64,000 nucleotides of DNA from Obrimoposthia wandeli. Lineage: Eukaryota. The notes under the pieces are model-generated. The model searched no databases. It was not told the DNA's origin and saw nothing but the letters and a program-made list of their open reading frames with translations. Location of the stretch: the NCBI GenBank assembly GCA_977020255.1, contig CDROCS010000506.1, positions 3,286,001-3,350,000 on the forward strand. Reading direction: 5' to 3'. Below, piece by piece: positions 37,749 to 48,031 of the stretch (positions are counted from its first letter, which is position 1; every line of letters starts with the position of its first letter). The position numbers and the translations under genes are program-made.

Positions 37749-37804
37749 GTACGTTATAGCGCACGTTGTGTATCTGCAAAATAACACTGTATGTTATAAC
37801 GCAC
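37749..37804. promoter_or_regulatory. Two palindromic operator-like sites between benE-like gene and sutR-like regulator
   Basis: GTACGTTATAGCGCAC (37749-37764) and GTATGTTATAACGCAC (37789-37804); consensus palindrome GTGCGYTATARCGCAC. Confidence 0.65.
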
Positions 37805-37850
37805 AAGCGCTATTATCATTATCGCTATTTAGTTCACAAGAGACATTATT

Positions 37851-38405
37851 ATTAATATTCATGCATCATTAGGCTCTCGACTTAAAATCGCGCGCAGTAA
37901 CAAAGGTTGGAGTTTAGATAAAACCAGTCAACATACCGGTGTATCCAAAGCTATGTTGGGGCAAATTGAACGAGGTGAATCGAGCCCAACCGTAGTGCGA
38001 TTATGGAATATCGCTAATGGTTTTGAGTTGCCATTGTCTTATTTTTTAACCGACTTAGCGCAAACGGCTGTAACCCCAAGTGCATTAGAAAATCATGAGG
38101 ATGATATTAAGATAGTGACCTTGTTTCCTTATGACGAAACCACAAAACTTGAAGTATTCCAGATAACGTTAGACCCACAACGCCAGCATATCTCGGCGCC
38201 GCACAATGCTGGTGTGATAGAGCATATCATTGCGGTTGATGGCACCATGGAATATTACTTAGCTTTAGCTGCTGACGGTACAGAGCAGGAATGGCATAGT
38301 TTGGAGCAAGGGCAGAGTATTAAATTTAGCGCTGACCAATCCCACGGTTATCGTAATATGACTGATAAACCGATGACCATTCATAACATCATCTGTTATA
38401 CCTAG
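37851..38405 (+). CDS. XRE-family HTH + cupin regulator (SutR/YdcN-like); start codon non-canonical or mutated
   Basis: The frame upstream of the track's ATG encodes the missing HTH part NIHASLGSRLKIARSNKGWSLDKTSQHTGVSKA, continuing MLGQIERGESSPT; C-terminal cupin HNAGVIEH...FSADQSHGY. Confidence 0.8.
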   Translation: MNIHASLGSRLKIARSNKGWSLDKTSQHTGVSKAMLGQIERGESSPTVVRLWNIANGFELPLSYFLTDLAQTAVTPSALENHEDDIKIVTLFPYDETTKLEVFQITLDPQRQHISAPHNAGVIEHIIAVDGTMEYYLALAADGTEQEWHSLEQGQSIKFSADQSHGYRNMTDKPMTIHNIICYT

Positions 38406-38445
38406 ACCTATCATATCTAGGTTAATCATACCTAGAGTTATCATC
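38401..38445. repeat. 3 x 15-bp degenerate repeat at sutR-like stop codon
   Basis: CCTAGACCTATCATA / TCTAGGTTAATCATA / CCTAGAGTTATCATC. Confidence 0.65.
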
Positions 38446-38574
38446 CCGATAGTGATTAATGGTGTTCTTAGCCTTTAAGTACAAGAGTTTATGTTATATC
38501 TGTGATCGACTACCTTGTTTGGGGTATTAGTAAGCTTTAATATGAAAGTATATAAATTATATTAAGGAGCGCTA

Positions 38575-39114
38575 ATGTTTACACTAAATATTGGTCCTGA
38601 TTTACAGTTAGCCATTGTACAACCATCAATTGCTCGACGTTATTTAGATATCGTCACTGAAGAGCGTGCCTATTTATCTAAATGGTTACGATGGGCTACA
38701 CACGCCCATAATGAAGCCTTCTTTCTTGAATTCGTGCGTAAGTCATTGCAAGGTTATGCGGAGGGTAAATCAATGACGTGCGCGTTGATTTATCAGCATA
38801 CTGTGGTGGGTAATGTCAGCTTTAATAATATTGATGAAGAATTAAAAAAAGTCGAAGTGGGTTATTGGTTAAGCCAAAAATACCAAGGCATGGGCATCAT
38901 GACCAAAGCGGTAAGTTTTTTAATCGAATATGCATTCTCTGAGTTAAATATGGATAAAGTCGAGATATGCACGGCAGCCGAAAATACTGCCAGTCGCAAA
39001 GTATGTGAACGTTTGAATATGAGCTTAGAAGGCATCATCAGTAATTATGAAAACATCAATGGCGACATTATAGATCACGCTATTTATGGCATCCATCGTA
39101 ACGATTTACGCTAA
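38575..39114 (+). CDS. RimJ/RimL-family GNAT acetyltransferase
   Basis: YLSKWLRW, EVGYWLSQKYQGMGIMT and ENTASRKVCERL. Confidence 0.85.
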   Translation: MFTLNIGPDLQLAIVQPSIARRYLDIVTEERAYLSKWLRWATHAHNEAFFLEFVRKSLQGYAEGKSMTCALIYQHTVVGNVSFNNIDEELKKVEVGYWLSQKYQGMGIMTKAVSFLIEYAFSELNMDKVEICTAAENTASRKVCERLNMSLEGIISNYENINGDIIDHAIYGIHRNDLR

Positions 39115-39156
39115 CACGCTTATAGTTCGGAATAGACAGTATAAGGGATAATATAC

Positions 39157-39573
39157 ATGGAAGTGATCGCATATTCACCAGAATATCTACCAGCATTACG
39201 TGCGTTGTATATGGTGACGAGAACATCAACATTTACGTGGTTAGATAGCAGTGGCTATCAGATAAAAGATTTTGATGAACATATTACCGATGACACTCTT
39301 TATTTAGCAGTGGCAGATGGCAAGCTGCTAGGTTTTATTGCCGTTTATGAACCAGATAATTTTATTCATCATTTATTTACTGCTGAGGATGCACAAGGTA
39401 TTGGTGTTGGAACGAAATTGTTAACAATGCTGAATGAATTAAACGGCAGACCGCAGATATTAAAATGCATGGTGAAGAATGAAAAAGCGCTGCAGTTTTA
39501 TCTGCGAAAAGGTTTTGTCGAAGTGAGTAAGGGCACGGCTGAAGTGGGTGATTATTTGGTACTGAAAAAGTAA
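39157..39573 (+). CDS. GNAT N-acetyltransferase
   Basis: FIHHLF, AQGIGVGTKLL and NEKALQFYLRKGF. Confidence 0.82.
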   Translation: MEVIAYSPEYLPALRALYMVTRTSTFTWLDSSGYQIKDFDEHITDDTLYLAVADGKLLGFIAVYEPDNFIHHLFTAEDAQGIGVGTKLLTMLNELNGRPQILKCMVKNEKALQFYLRKGFVEVSKGTAEVGDYLVLKK

Positions 39574-39611
39574 CAGGATTAAAGTAGACCCTAGCCACTT
39601 TAATCCCATTA

Positions 39612-39646
39612 TTAATCGTTAATCGTTAATCGTTAATCGTTAATAG
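39612..39646. repeat. Heptamer VNTR (TTAATCG)x4 + TTAATAG
   Basis: Read directly; lies between convergent GNAT and dld-II genes. Confidence 0.9.
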
Positions 39647-39662
39647 CACTTAACTCGTATGA

Positions 39663-42518
39663 TTAACCTGCTCGTTTCTCACTTACCTTATCTACTAGAT
39701 ATAAGATCGAGCGGTACTCAATGCCACTGTGCTCGGATAAACCAATCTCACACGTTCGGCTATTGGAATAACCTTCACTGCAGTTACTCGGGACTTGGCG
39801 CGCGAGTGGCGATAGTGCCGATGCGTTCAACTCGGGCGTCGTAAAGCCTTTGTCACCAGCAAAACCACAACATAGAATATCATCTGGAATAATCACTTCA
39901 GTTGCACAGGCGCGACTGACTTTCTCCATGACGCCTGCTAAACCTTGTTTACGTGAAGTACAAGTCACATGTAACATCACAGGCTCTGCTTGCGGAGTAA
40001 TATCCACATGTTCCATGACAAACTCTGCCACAAATCGAAACGGTTCATAGATAGCAATGTCTTTAGTCATCAGCTCAATGCTAGTGCTAGCACAGGGACT
40101 GGTATCCATTAACACTGGTAATTTACCTTGCTCTGACGCTTCCCAAAGTGCGGCTTCTAACTGCTGAGATTTGCTCAGTGCTGTATCGACAAAGCCTTTA
40201 CTCTTATATGGCATGCCGCAGCATTTTTCTGATAACTTGCTTGGCATAATGACTTCAATACCCGCCTTTTGTAGCACAGCTTGAGTCACGTCAGCGAGTG
40301 GACGGTTATCCATGGCATTTTTGGCTGTACCCATATTACGCGCGGCGCAACTTGGGAAATAAACTACCTTTTTATGTGCTAGGCCTAAGCTATTACCTGC
40401 ACTCGCACTCGCTAATAGTTTAACCTTACCAGCTGCTTTCGGCATGCTTGGTGTCCATAATGGCACCGCGCCGCCACTGAGTTTGTGGGTTGCTTTGGTT
40501 ACAGTGCGCATGGCTTTGGTGCCTAATACACTGTGGATACCGTTAGCGACAGTTAAACCAGCTTGGGTGGCACTTGTTAGTCCGGCGAAATGATCACTAC
40601 TCCAACGCGCTATCACGTTAGCGATAGGAGAATGCTGTTGGCGTAATTTACGGATCAGGTCACCAGTATTAATATCAACAGGGCAACGCTCTGCGCATAG
40701 TCCAGTTGCGGCGCAAGTATCAATGCCGAGGTATTTAAATGATTTTTCTAACTCGGCAAGACGCGCAGGATCTTCTTGGCTACGTTGCAAACGACTGATT
40801 TCACGATAAACAGTATTTCGTTGGCGTGGTGTTAGTGATAATTCTCGTGACGGACAAACGGGCTCACAAAAACCACATTCGATACATTTATCAATAAGTT
40901 CATCAGCTGCTGGCATCACTTTTAAATCAGTAATGTGGCTGTCTTTATTATCATTTAAGATCACGCCGGGGTTTAAAATACCGGTTTTATCAAAGATACG
41001 TTTGATGTCTTGCATCAAGGCGTAACCTTCGCTGCCCCATTCCAGTTCAACATACGGCGCCATATTACGGCCTGTACCGTGTTCTGCTTTTAACGAGCCT
41101 TGATATTCAACTGCAACAAGTTGCGCTACATCATCCATGAAACCACTGTAACGGGCGATCTCTTCTTCGGTTTCAAACGCTTGGGTAAACACAAAGTGCA
41201 AGTTACCCGCGAGGGCGTGACCAAAAATGATCGCTTCATCGTAATGGTATTTCTTAAATAAAACTTCTAAGTCACGTACTGCTGGTGCGAGCTGTTCGAT
41301 AGGGAAAGCCACATCCTCGATGATCACAGTCGTACCGACTTCTCGCACAGCGCCAACGGCTGGGAATAGCTCCTTGCGGATAGCCCATAATTGATTATAG
41401 ATCTTAGTATCGGTACTAAACTCGACGGCTTCAGTGGGATTAAGCTGGTCGATCAGCGTATTTATTTGGATCACTTGTTGGTTTAAATCAGCGTCACTTT
41501 CGGCGTGGATCTCAACAAGTAAGGCTGCGGCTTCAGTATTATTTTCTGCTGTAAGCTGAGTAATGAAGTTAGGCATGCCAGGTTTATTGGCTACTGAACT
41601 TAAAGCGCGGTTATCCATTAACTCCACTGCGGCAACACTGGTATTAGCGAGTTCACTCACCGCTAAACAGGTTTGTTCAATATTAGCGAATAAATACAGA
41701 CCTGTGGCCTTGAACCTATGGTCGATCACCGTATTGTAAGTAACATCCGCTATGAAGCCTAACGTGCCTTCTGAACCAATGAATAAATGTTGTAATACCT
41801 CAATTGGATCGCTGTAATCGGTTAATGAATTAAGGCTATAACCTGTGGTGTTTTTAAGGCGATATTTATGACGGATCTTATCGGCTAACGCTGTATTGTC
41901 TTTACAAGCTTGCGCAAGTTGGGTCAGATCTTCGAGCATGTCTTTATGACTGATTTTAAACTGTGCAACGCTGTCTTTATCTAAGGTATTCAGAATTGTA
42001 CCGTCGGCAAGCACTACCGTCATGCCAGCTAAGGTTTGATAACTGTTCTGTGCTGTACCGCAACACATGCCGGATGAATTATTGGCGGCAATACCACCAA
42101 TTTTACAAGTATTGATTGACGCTGGATCTGGACCGATCTTACGTTGATAAGGGGCAAGGATCTTGTTTGCTTCAGCGCCGATCATGCCTGGTTGTAGCCA
42201 GATCTGTTCGCCGTTGTTGAGTACTTTATATTCACGCCAATCTGATGTCAGCATAATAAGCACAGAGTCTGACAATGCTTGCCCTGATAAACTGGTACCA
42301 GCGGCGCGGAATGTCACTGGAATAGCGAGGTCATAGCAAGCCTTGATGACCAATACCACTTCGTCTAAATTAGCCAATTGTAAGATCAGCTTTGGTATTA
42401 AGCGATAAAAGCTGGCATCCGTTCCGTAAGCTAAAGTTAGCGTAGGGTCGGTGATAATACGTTTATCATCGATGGACTGGCGTAATTTACTTATTAGTAC
42501 GTGATACGGGTCAGACAT
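39663..42518 (-). CDS. dld: FAD/Fe-S D-lactate dehydrogenase Dld-II
   Basis: AYGTDASFYRLIP, FRAAGTSLSGQ, SLKAEHGTGRNM, CIECGFCEPVCP, CAATGLCAERCP and CCG domains; lactate gene neighbourhood. Start at ATG 42518 after AGGAG. Confidence 0.85.
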   Translation of the reverse strand: MSDPYHVLISKLRQSIDDKRIITDPTLTLAYGTDASFYRLIPKLILQLANLDEVVLVIKACYDLAIPVTFRAAGTSLSGQALSDSVLIMLTSDWREYKVLNNGEQIWLQPGMIGAEANKILAPYQRKIGPDPASINTCKIGGIAANNSSGMCCGTAQNSYQTLAGMTVVLADGTILNTLDKDSVAQFKISHKDMLEDLTQLAQACKDNTALADKIRHKYRLKNTTGYSLNSLTDYSDPIEVLQHLFIGSEGTLGFIADVTYNTVIDHRFKATGLYLFANIEQTCLAVSELANTSVAAVELMDNRALSSVANKPGMPNFITQLTAENNTEAAALLVEIHAESDADLNQQVIQINTLIDQLNPTEAVEFSTDTKIYNQLWAIRKELFPAVGAVREVGTTVIIEDVAFPIEQLAPAVRDLEVLFKKYHYDEAIIFGHALAGNLHFVFTQAFETEEEIARYSGFMDDVAQLVAVEYQGSLKAEHGTGRNMAPYVELEWGSEGYALMQDIKRIFDKTGILNPGVILNDNKDSHITDLKVMPAADELIDKCIECGFCEPVCPSRELSLTPRQRNTVYREISRLQRSQEDPARLAELEKSFKYLGIDTCAATGLCAERCPVDINTGDLIRKLRQQHSPIANVIARWSSDHFAGLTSATQAGLTVANGIHSVLGTKAMRTVTKATHKLSGGAVPLWTPSMPKAAGKVKLLASASAGNSLGLAHKKVVYFPSCAARNMGTAKNAMDNRPLADVTQAVLQKAGIEVIMPSKLSEKCCGMPYKSKGFVDTALSKSQQLEAALWEASEQGKLPVLMDTSPCASTSIELMTKDIAIYEPFRFVAEFVMEHVDITPQAEPVMLHVTCTSRKQGLAGVMEKVSRACATEVIIPDDILCCGFAGDKGFTTPELNASALSPLARQVPSNCSEGYSNSRTCEIGLSEHSGIEYRSILYLVDKVSEKRAG

Positions 42519-42728
42519 TGTAGGCTCCTGATAATGTGGCTGTGTTATTTTTATTTTGTCGTTAATGTGCCACATTATGTTTATTTAAATTTAGTAATGA
42601 TGCGAGATTAGACGTAGTATTTATACCGATAAGACATAGTATTTATACAGCTTATATATAGTACCGATCTAGCACTGTTTGATATACTAGCTCGATTACA
42701 CATGACTGTTTCATAAAGTGGACCAATA

Positions 42729-43634
42729 ATGCGAAGTACCGATGATTTTTTAATTTTTTATCACCTAATAGAACAAGGTTCTTTTAGTAAAGCGGCTGAT
42801 ATTGTTGGTTTAACGAAGTCAGTGGTGAGTAAACACATTACCCGTTTAGAAAAAGAGATGGGTGTACAGCTGATCTTCCGTACCACGCGTAAGTTAACAT
42901 TAACGGAAGCGGGCAAAGTATTTTTCGAACATGCCAGAACCATTTATCAGTCAGTGCAAGGCGCAGTTGATGCTATGAATGGGTTAGGGGATAGCTTATC
43001 AGGTTCAATTCGTTTAACTGTGCCGACCGTGTCTGGCGAAATAATATTAGCGGAAGCGATTGCTGATTTTAGTGCCAGCTATCCCGATATTCATATCCAC
43101 ATGGATCTAGATAATAGCTTTGTTGATTTGATTGATAACAACTTTGACTTGGCTATTCGTACTGGGGCGCTGCAAGATTCGAGTTATATTGCGCGTCGTC
43201 TAGTGCAAGCGCAATGGGTGATCTGTGCATCACCTGTCTATCTAGCCAAAAACGGTACGCCCAAACGACCTCAAGATTTAGATAAGTACAATTGCTTGGC
43301 TTATAGTCAGCAAGAAAGCGGCGCGAATGAGTGGCTATTTAAAGGCCGCGAAGCAGATTACAACGTGAAGATATCGGGTAACTTCAGTGCCAATAATTCT
43401 GCCGCATTACGCAAAGCGGCGTTGTTTAATTTAGGCCTGATTTATGTACCTAAAGTGCTGGTGGCCGATGATTTACAAGCCGGTACTTTAGTTGAAGTAC
43501 TACCGCAACAAGTGGCTAAATCATTGGGCATTTACGCTATTTATCCGTATACCAAATTGCAGCCACTGAAAGTGAAATTGTTTATTGAACATATCTATCA
43601 GTTTTACCAACGCCAAGCTGATAATTTTAGTTAA
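42729..43634 (+). CDS. LysR-family regulator divergent from dld-II
   Basis: GSFSKAA...KSVVSKHITRLE...LIFRTTRKLTLTEAG. Confidence 0.92.
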   Translation: MRSTDDFLIFYHLIEQGSFSKAADIVGLTKSVVSKHITRLEKEMGVQLIFRTTRKLTLTEAGKVFFEHARTIYQSVQGAVDAMNGLGDSLSGSIRLTVPTVSGEIILAEAIADFSASYPDIHIHMDLDNSFVDLIDNNFDLAIRTGALQDSSYIARRLVQAQWVICASPVYLAKNGTPKRPQDLDKYNCLAYSQQESGANEWLFKGREADYNVKISGNFSANNSAALRKAALFNLGLIYVPKVLVADDLQAGTLVEVLPQQVAKSLGIYAIYPYTKLQPLKVKLFIEHIYQFYQRQADNFS

Positions 43635-43675
43635 ATTACGGTTCATCGAAAAGCAAACAGGCAAGGAAGATTATA

Positions 43676-44605
43676 ATGCTTAAATATACTGAGATGTTAC
43701 TCGACCGTGCATCAAATCAACGTAAAAGCCCTGAGTGGTTAGCAAGCCAAAAGAATAGCGATAGCCGTTGGGTATTAACCCATACAGACCAAAATTATTT
43801 TAGCCAAGCTGATAGTTCAGCATTTTTTTTAACGCTTGATGCTGTTCAACATCTTGATTTAGCAGACGCCATATTTTTAGGCTTGGATGAAAACAATGCC
43901 AATACGCCTTACTTTGCGCTGGATTTAACCCATGTGGATGAAGCGTTAGTGGCGGTATTTTTACGTGACGGTGAGTTTCGCGATCTGCGTAAAATGACGG
44001 TAATGTTAGATAACCCGTCTGCGTCATTAATGGCATTGGCTCGAGGTCTCGCTTTTTGGCATCGTTCGCATTGTTTTTGTGGTCGCTGTGGCACTGTGAA
44101 TGAATCGGTGTCAGCAGGGCATGCACGCTTATGTACTAATCCTGATTGCCAGCATCAAACTTTTCCGCGTACCGATCCTGCCGTGATCATGGTGGTGCGC
44201 AAGTTGTTTGCAGATGGTATCGAGCGTTGCTTATTAGGCCGCCAAGTCGAATGGCCAGAAGGCGTGTATTCGACCTTGGCTGGCTTTGTTGATCCTGGTG
44301 AAACATTAGAAACAGCTGTCGCGCGTGAAGTGATGGAAGAATCGGGTATTGCTGTGACCAATGTACAGTACTTAGCCTCACAGCCTTGGCCGTTCCCATC
44401 CTCTATCATGCTCGGTTTTATTGCCGATGCTAGCAGCGATGATATTCAAGTCGATAAACATGAAATTGATGACGCCCGTTGGTTCTCGCGTGTTGAATTA
44501 GAATCGTTTGGGGAATGGGGTGATGACGCACCTGGTTTTAAAGTACCTAGGGTTGATTCGGTTTCGCGTTATTTAATTGATCACTGGGTTAGTTTGGGCG
44601 ATTAG
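43676..44605 (+). CDS. nudC: NAD(H) diphosphatase NudC
   Basis: FCGRCG...C...C Zn motif, FPRTDPAVI, Nudix GFVDPGETLETAVAREVMEESG and SQPWPFPSS. Confidence 0.93.
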   Translation: MLKYTEMLLDRASNQRKSPEWLASQKNSDSRWVLTHTDQNYFSQADSSAFFLTLDAVQHLDLADAIFLGLDENNANTPYFALDLTHVDEALVAVFLRDGEFRDLRKMTVMLDNPSASLMALARGLAFWHRSHCFCGRCGTVNESVSAGHARLCTNPDCQHQTFPRTDPAVIMVVRKLFADGIERCLLGRQVEWPEGVYSTLAGFVDPGETLETAVAREVMEESGIAVTNVQYLASQPWPFPSSIMLGFIADASSDDIQVDKHEIDDARWFSRVELESFGEWGDDAPGFKVPRVDSVSRYLIDHWVSLGD

Positions 44606-44607
44606 TG

Positions 44608-45555
44608 ATGAAAGACTTTTTACAGCACAGAGCTTATCAGATCGTATTTTTTAATGCCTTAGCGACCGGTGGTAGCCTGACTAAGGCGGCAGAGATGCTT
44701 AAAGTATCTGTGTCCCATGTCAGTAAGCAGCTGCATAGTTTAGAAGAAGATTTAGGCGTACAGCTGATTAATCGCAGTACTCGCACGCGAACCCTGACGG
44801 AAGAGGGTAAACGTTATGCTGAATATAGTGCTCAAATAGTCTCGCTTATTCAAGAGGCTGATACGTTAGTCACCGACACCCGTGATGAAATATCCGGGCA
44901 TATTCGTTTGGCACTGTCGCGATCTTTTGCCACGCTACATATCATCCCTGCGTTGGACAAGCTGCAGATAAAATATCCGCAACTCACTATCGATGTCAGC
45001 CTGTTCGATCACAAGGTGGATATGTTGGCAGAGGAGATTGATCTCTGGGTTACTACTTACGAAGATATCAACGAAGGTTATGTGGCGCAGCGCATCGCTG
45101 ATACGCGGTTCTTGTTACTCGCCGCGCCTGAATATTTACAGGCTCACGGTACGCCACAGCATCCTGATGAGTTGACTCAACACAATTGCGTGACTTACCA
45201 CAGCAAAAGCCGTAGCTGTAACCATTGGTCTTTTGCTAAAGGGGACGAAGAGTTCAGCATTAGTGTCTCGGGCAACTATCGCGTTAACTTAGCCGAGGCT
45301 GTTAGAGACGCGCTTATTGCCGGTAAAGGCATTGGTTATCTAGCCAGTTACTTACTTACCGATGAATTGGAAACCGGTAAGTTAGTGCAACTGTTACCAG
45401 ACTGGCGTGCTAATCAAAAGATGCCTGCCTATGCCGTTTATCCGCGCAACAAACATCTGCCAGCCAGAGTGAGAACGGCGATACACTTTTTAAAAGATAC
45501 TATCGGTCATCCACCATACTGGGATAAAGCCTTAGCTAAATGGGCAAAGTTCTAA
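44608..45555 (+). CDS. LysR-family regulator
   Basis: GSLTKAA...SHVSKQLHSLEEDLGVQLINRSTR; coupled to the nudC stop (TAGTGATG). Confidence 0.9.
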   Translation: MKDFLQHRAYQIVFFNALATGGSLTKAAEMLKVSVSHVSKQLHSLEEDLGVQLINRSTRTRTLTEEGKRYAEYSAQIVSLIQEADTLVTDTRDEISGHIRLALSRSFATLHIIPALDKLQIKYPQLTIDVSLFDHKVDMLAEEIDLWVTTYEDINEGYVAQRIADTRFLLLAAPEYLQAHGTPQHPDELTQHNCVTYHSKSRSCNHWSFAKGDEEFSISVSGNYRVNLAEAVRDALIAGKGIGYLASYLLTDELETGKLVQLLPDWRANQKMPAYAVYPRNKHLPARVRTAIHFLKDTIGHPPYWDKALAKWAKF

Positions 45556-45587
45556 AGCAGGAAAGCACCTGTTCAGTCGTTAATTTA

Positions 45588-45703
45588 ACCTTAACACTTT
45601 ACCTTAAAGCTTTGTCTTAAACTATATCTTAGAAATAGACCTTAAAACTAGGTCTTAACACTCGACCTTAAAACTAGGCCATAAAACTAGACCTTGAGAC
45701 AAT
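45588..45703. repeat. ~9 degenerate copies of a 13-bp unit (ACCTTAAAACTAG-like)
   Basis: ACCTTAACACTTT, ACCTTAAAGCTTT, GTCTTAAACTATA, TCTTAGAAATAG, ACCTTAAAACTAG, GTCTTAACACTCG, ACCTTAAAACTAG, GCCATAAAACTAG, ACCTTGAGACAAT. Confidence 0.8.
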
Positions 45704-45706
45704 AGC

Positions 45707-47593
45707 CTATAATCTGAATTGACCGACTATGTGGCTTAACCTATTTGACATATTACCCAGGTTTTGGGCTAATTCAGTGCCACGTCCTGAACTTTCATCG
45801 GACTCTTTCGCTGAGTCATTTAACTCTACAACACTGCGATTGATATCTGCCGCAACATGACTTTGCTCTTCGGCAGCGGTCGCAATTTGATTGTTCATAT
45901 CTTGAATAATTGATACTGAACTTAAAATGGCATTTAATGCGGTTTTAGCGTCAGCTGTTTTAGCGGATGTAATGTTGGCATCATTAGAGTTATTCGTCAT
46001 GAGTGCAACTGATTTTTTAGCTTCGGATTGCAGCGTGCTAATCATGACTTGAATTTCTTCTGTACTGTGTTGAGTTCGACTTGCCAGACTACGAACTTCG
46101 TCTGCAACGACAGCAAAACCGCGGCCTTGATCACCAGCTCTCGCGGCTTCTATTGCCGCATTAAGGGCTAGTAAATTCGTTTGGTCTGCAATACCTCTGA
46201 TCACATCAAGAATACTGCCAATGTTTTCAGTTTCTTGCTCCAGATTAAGAATAACATCTCTGACATTCTCAATATCAATCACCAAAGTTTGAATATTGCT
46301 GTTCATGCTTTCAATAACGGAAATACCGGCTTCAGAGTGCTTGTTGGCATCAAAAGCAGCATCGGAAGCCTGCAAAGCATTGCGCGCCACTTCATCTACA
46401 GTGACAGTCATTTCATTCATTGCCGTTGCCGTTTGTTCTAATTGCTCGGCTTGGGATCTCGAATTACCTTTAACTGCAGTCGCTGCTGATAATAGCGTGT
46501 GCGATGATTGATTTAATTCACCTGTCGTTTGATTGATCTCTTCAATCATGCCCCTTAAATTAAGGATCATAACCAGTACATTATGATAGATACCCGTTTG
46601 TTTAGCTGGGTCCTTTACATCTAGGGTTAAATCACCATTTGATACTTGCTGCACGAGTTTAGATATGTCTTCAGGTTCACCACCAATCGGTGCATAGACT
46701 AACTTGATGACAACGGCATAGGTACAAAAGATAAAGATCCCGACGGCAATGACTGACATTATTATCATCAATATAAGCGCATCTTGGCTGTCTTGTTCAA
46801 TCACGTCGATCTTTTCGTAGTTAACAACTGTCCAAGGGAAAGCTTGCAACTGCTTACTTACTGCAAAGTATTCTGTACCAGTAGAGGTTGCATAGTTAAT
46901 TTCTGCGTTCGCTGTGGCTTTTAAAGCACTGTACTCAGGATGAAGCTCAAAAATATTTTTAGCTATATCAGTTTTATCAGTCGCTGAAATAATAAAACCA
47001 TCTTTGCGGAATACAAATATGCTGCTGTCGCCAGAGAGTGAATCCATAAAGTGAGCGATGGCGGACATTTTAATTTCAAATGCGAGTGTTGCGACAGTCG
47101 CACCATTTTTGATAATAGGGACGGCGAGCGTGATCACATCAAGGTTATGGTCATTTTTATAATTTTGAGTAATAACACGCTCAACCCGTTGTTTAAAGAT
47201 TTGCTCATACCAATCCCGATTCAATGTCTTGGCATTAAAGTTTTTGATATAACCAGCATTAGTAAAAATAACACCAGACTTTAGTCCAATAAAGATCTGG
47301 TCAATACCGAGTGTTTTTTCTAGTTCAGAAAGAGAATCTTTAATTGCTTCTGGATTAATTAAATTACCCTCATCATCAAAAGCGAAATGACCGATTGAAT
47401 TTAAGAAATCAAACTCACGCATTACTCTTGCACTTAATGCTTTTGCAAAGAGGCTGGAGTTTTCTTCTAGCTTAGACTTAAAGTTGTGCTCGCTGGATGT
47501 TTTAAAATTAATATAGCTAGATATTGATAGTATCAATACGACTAAAATCAATAATGTTGAATTAATCAATGCGAACTTATTTTTTAATTTCAA
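45707..47593 (-). CDS. Methyl-accepting chemotaxis protein with dCache-type sensor
   Basis: Two TM segments around a Cache-like domain (RDWYEQ, ITLAVPI), HAMP-like region, [34 protein letters not shown]. Probable TTG start 47593 after GAGG. Confidence 0.92.
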   Translation of the reverse strand: MKLKNKFALINSTLLILVVLILSISSYINFKTSSEHNFKSKLEENSSLFAKALSARVMREFDFLNSIGHFAFDDEGNLINPEAIKDSLSELEKTLGIDQIFIGLKSGVIFTNAGYIKNFNAKTLNRDWYEQIFKQRVERVITQNYKNDHNLDVITLAVPIIKNGATVATLAFEIKMSAIAHFMDSLSGDSSIFVFRKDGFIISATDKTDIAKNIFELHPEYSALKATANAEINYATSTGTEYFAVSKQLQAFPWTVVNYEKIDVIEQDSQDALILMIIMSVIAVGIFIFCTYAVVIKLVYAPIGGEPEDISKLVQQVSNGDLTLDVKDPAKQTGIYHNVLVMILNLRGMIEEINQTTGELNQSSHTLLSAATAVKGNSRSQAEQLEQTATAMNEMTVTVDEVARNALQASDAAFDANKHSEAGISVIESMNSNIQTLVIDIENVRDVILNLEQETENIGSILDVIRGIADQTNLLALNAAIEAARAGDQGRGFAVVADEVRSLASRTQHSTEEIQVMISTLQSEAKKSVALMTNNSNDANITSAKTADAKTALNAILSSVSIIQDMNNQIATAAEEQSHVAADINRSVVELNDSAKESDESSGRGTELAQNLGNMSNRLSHIVGQFRL

Positions 47594-47708
47594 TGTAGTA
47601 ACCTCATTAAGGAACGCTGATGTAACACGGGTATTAACCTTTATCACTCTCAGTATATTCGCTATTTTGGGGCTCAGTAACTCGGATAAATACCTGATAT
47701 TTTATATA

Positions 47709-47763
47709 GATAATCAATAGACAACCTATATTTAATCGATAGATAACCTATAGATAACCGATG
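47709..47763. repeat. 5 x 11-bp degenerate repeat
   Basis: GATAATCAATA / GACAACCTATA / TTTAATCGATA / GATAACCTATA / GATAACCGATG. Confidence 0.65.
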
Positions 47764-48031
47764 GCCCAACTAATATGCGCTCTATGTAATTAGCCACGCT
47801 TATTGCCGGTAAACACTGGACGTTTTCTGTATGGAAAAGCTGTTTCAACTAATAGCCTATGGGACGATGCATTTTAATTATCTATGATAGCTCCACATTA
47901 AAGGCTGACCAGCGGGTAGTTGATTCCCTTAACCTGTGGTTAAACCAAGCCAACTATTTTAGTAATTCAGACGTTTAGCTGTATTTGTGTTTTACAATTA
48001 CAGGCGTAAACGTTCTTTGGAGATATGATTC

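Noticed and set aside
45588-45703. Possible CRISPR array
   Set aside because: Units are contiguous 13-mers without unique spacers, and there are no cas genes.
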